Virus record (IMG/VR): IMGVR_UViG_3300036859_000226
Span: 1-57,741 of that record
Direction: 5' to 3' (one strand)
Origin: a virus
Taxonomy: Duplodnaviria > Caudoviricetes
Length of the DNA: 57,741 bases
Of the stretch, positions 55,682 to 57,741 are shown one piece after another (within the stretch, counting starts at the first letter, position 1; every line of letters starts with the position of its first letter). Made by a program: the position numbers and the translations under genes. Below the pieces are notes generated by a model, which worked only from the letters and a program-made list of their open reading frames with translations, did not search any database and was not told the origin of the DNA.

Positions 55682-56213
55682 GTCCGGCCTCCTCGATTGC
55701 GCGTTGCAGGCGTTCGATCGTCCACTTCCCATCCGCGGGGATACCCAGCGCCTTGGCCTCCCGGATCAATTCCCAGCGACGGGCAAGCCCGGCGCCCTTC
55801 GGCGTAGACCCGTGCACCGTAGTTTTTTGGCGATCTTCAGCACTCCACGCCGCCTCGATCTCCGCCGCCTCCTGCGGCGTCTTGGCAAGCGCCTGCCTGC
55901 CATCGCGAAACAGCCATTGCGGCCATTCTCCCAGATCGATCTCAGGTTGGGCAGCAGGCGATCCTTGGCTCACCAGCGGCATGACCGGCCTCGGCACGAA
56001 TGCCGGACGCTGACTCGGCCCCACCCTATACCCCTGCGCGGCATAGTATGCCTCCTGCGTGCGGTCCATGACCTGCACCGGCGGGAACATCCGCGGGCGA
56101 CCGGGCGGCGCCGAATAGCCGAGAGGCGGCTTTTGCCCGATCTCGTAATCGTCGCTCAACACGGCCGGCTGCTCGTGCGGATGGTTCATCCACTTCGGAT
56201 ACTCGTCGTTCAT
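55656..56213 (-). CDS. Hypothetical head-associated protein
   Basis: EYPKW and EWPQW repeats; C-terminal AKALGIPADGKWTIERL. Confidence 0.75.
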   Translation of the reverse strand: MNDEYPKWMNHPHEQPAVLSDDYEIGQKPPLGYSAPPGRPRMFPPVQVMDRTQEAYYAAQGYRVGPSQRPAFVPRPVMPLVSQGSPAAQPEIDLGEWPQWLFRDGRQALAKTPQEAAEIEAAWSAEDRQKTTVHGSTPKGAGLARRWELIREAKALGIPADGKWTIERLQRAIEEAGREKQTEAA

Positions 56214-56893
56214 GCTGCCTCTCTCAGCCGCGAGCGCATCCAAGCGCCCCACGACCCTTCCCACGCCTTGCCCCCGGTGTGGGTGAAATGAAGTTCGGGT
56301 AGAATGTAGATCTTCCCACCGAGGCTGCGCCAGCGCGATGCAAAATCGGTGTCCTCCCCGCTGTACCGGCCATGCCTGACGCCAGAATGGAAATACCCCA
56401 TCCACTCGTTGTCGCGATCGTCACGGTACATCGTCACAGGCAACGCCTCGAAGACCGCCCGGTTGAGCCGCAGAAACCCGGTCGGCACGCTTGCCGCCTC
56501 GACCAATCCCTGGGCATCGGCCCGCAACTCGTCGACATCGAACGTGACCGGAAACGTCGTGTCGTCGCGCTTCATCGGGTAGACACCGGCCACGTATGGC
56601 CGCGTCGCGCGCGCGATCTGCACGACGGCTTCGGGCGAGAACCCTACATCGGCGTCGACAAACAACATGTCCGTCGCTTCCGACCGCATGAAGGCTGTCG
56701 CCAGCATGTTGCGCGTGTGGTCGAGATAGCAGCACCCCTGCTGCATCCCGAACGTGACCTCGATCCCCGCCAAAGCCAAAGCGACGCCGGCGCCTGCGAG
56801 TGCCAGCGCCGTTTCCGCCTTGACTTCGCCGCCGTAGGCCGGGACGCCGACCCAGAGATGCCGCGCCGGCAGAACGCGCTGGGCAACCGTCAC
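56210..56893 (-). CDS. GT-A fold glycosyltransferase-like protein
   Basis: GVPAYGG, RNML, MLFVDAD (DxD), TGFLRL, GEDTDF..RWR, HTG. Confidence 0.85.
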   Translation of the reverse strand: MTVAQRVLPARHLWVGVPAYGGEVKAETALALAGAGVALALAGIEVTFGMQQGCCYLDHTRNMLATAFMRSEATDMLFVDADVGFSPEAVVQIARATRPYVAGVYPMKRDDTTFPVTFDVDELRADAQGLVEAASVPTGFLRLNRAVFEALPVTMYRDDRDNEWMGYFHSGVRHGRYSGEDTDFASRWRSLGGKIYILPELHFTHTGGKAWEGSWGAWMRSRLREAA

Positions 56894-57123
56894 GTTGCCG
56901 GCATCAACCCGTTGGCAACGAGCGTTGCCTGGATCTCGATCAGCACCGCCGTCTGCACCGTCGTCGTCGCGCCGGTCGTCAACAGCGTATTGCTGCCCGT
57001 CGCCCGCTGCGCCACCGGCGTCTTGCCGTAAAAGCCGATCGGGTCGGTGATGCTGGCACCGAGCAACTGCCCGTCAGGATTTGCCGGGTTCGCCCGCAAG
57101 ACAATCGTTTCCGCATCCGCCAT
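56890..57123 (-). CDS. Small capsid-decoration-like protein
   Basis: DGQLLGAS.TDPIGFYGKTPVAQ...LVANGL; downstream of the capsid gene. Confidence 0.7.
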   Translation of the reverse strand: MADAETIVLRANPANPDGQLLGASITDPIGFYGKTPVAQRATGSNTLLTTGATTTVQTAVLIEIQATLVANGLMPAT

Positions 57124-57136
57124 CGTTCGCGCTCCT

Positions 57137-57472
57137 TCAGATAACCAGTTTGCCCATCTCGGGCGTGACGCAAATCAGCGTCGGATTGCTCCATCGCCGC
57201 TCCGCCCCAAGCCCGATCTGCTGCTCGATCGCCAGCCGCATTAACTCCGCGTACTGGTGCCCCATCTGCGGACCGACGCGAAGCTCCTTGTTGCCGTCGC
57301 GCTTGTCGCGCACGACCACCTGATAGAGCGGCGGCTTCTCCGGCCGTGGGGGCGCCGGGAAGCCACGCCCCCACGGATTGAGCGGCACGAACTCCGGCTC
57401 GCCCCGGGGCATGTTCGGCTGGCCGCCCGAGAACCGGACGAGCGGCTTTGGCGCTTTGGCTGCCGCGTTCAT
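57137..57472 (-). CDS. Hypothetical protein
   Basis: TGATG coupling to the capsid stop. Confidence 0.7.
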   Translation of the reverse strand: MNAAAKAPKPLVRFSGGQPNMPRGEPEFVPLNPWGRGFPAPPRPEKPPLYQVVVRDKRDGNKELRVGPQMGHQYAELMRLAIEQQIGLGAERRWSNPTLICVTPEMGKLVI

Positions 57473-57741
57473 CAGCCGGTCAGCCGGACGGCGAGCTCGG
57501 GGTAAAACGCCGAAACGCCGTAAAGGATATCAACACGGCATGGCATCACGTCGTTGTTGATGTCGAACGCCCTGACGATGCGCATCGAGATGTTCTTGTA
57601 CATCTCGCGCGCCTTGAAATCGACCCCATCGGGCAATTCCTTCGGCACGGTCACGAGGCCGAAGGCGTCGCGGACAAAGCCGAGGTTCTGTGGCAGATTG
57701 ACGCCAGTCGCGCCGCTGATCACCGTCACGGGCGCATTGTT
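57472..57741 (-). CDS. Major capsid protein, 3' part
   Basis: NLGFVRDAFGLVT...ISMRIVRAFDINND..CRVDILYG...PELAVR, a P22-coat C-terminal motif. Confidence 0.9.
   Translation of the reverse strand, partial: NNAPVTVISGATGVNLPQNLGFVRDAFGLVTVPKELPDGVDFKAREMYKNISMRIVRAFDINNDVMPCRVDILYGVSAFYPELAVRLTG
57570..57741. repeat. Terminal direct repeat / circular overlap, right copy
   Basis: Matches 1-172 with one mismatch. Confidence 0.95.

Overview
This window is an apparently complete, circularly assembled ~57.6 kb genome of a P22-like (short-tailed) dsDNA phage. The first 172 bp recur at 57570-57741 and the capsid gene spans the junction. The GC-rich sequence and a GapR/DUF2312 gene point to an alphaproteobacterial host (inference). 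Minus strand: packaging and head genes, replication genes (initiator with iteron origin, DnaB, RusA), three DNA methyltransferases, lysis, tail/ejection genes. Plus strand (23.2-31.7 kb): early/recombination genes including RecT, a J-domain protein and two HNH endonucleases. I found no integrase, ParA/ParB or S24-type repressor. Main signals: (1) five chromosomal parS-like palindromes inside coding sequence; (2) a c4-like antisense RNA targeting the ribosome-binding site of a ProQ/FinO gene directly upstream of the replication initiator; (3) a 1.3 kb piece of apparent host chromosome (xth plus a truncated TrkA-like gene) between 6-bp direct repeats, splitting a phage gene that is restored in frame on removal; (4) four consecutive tail/fibre-region genes with Sec-type signal peptides and paired cysteines; (5) two HNH cassettes that supply a recoded copy of the gene end they disrupt; (6) an antisense tRNA(CAT) with small structured RNAs inside the lysis cluster. 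Protein families were assigned by eye from motifs and gene order, not by database search.
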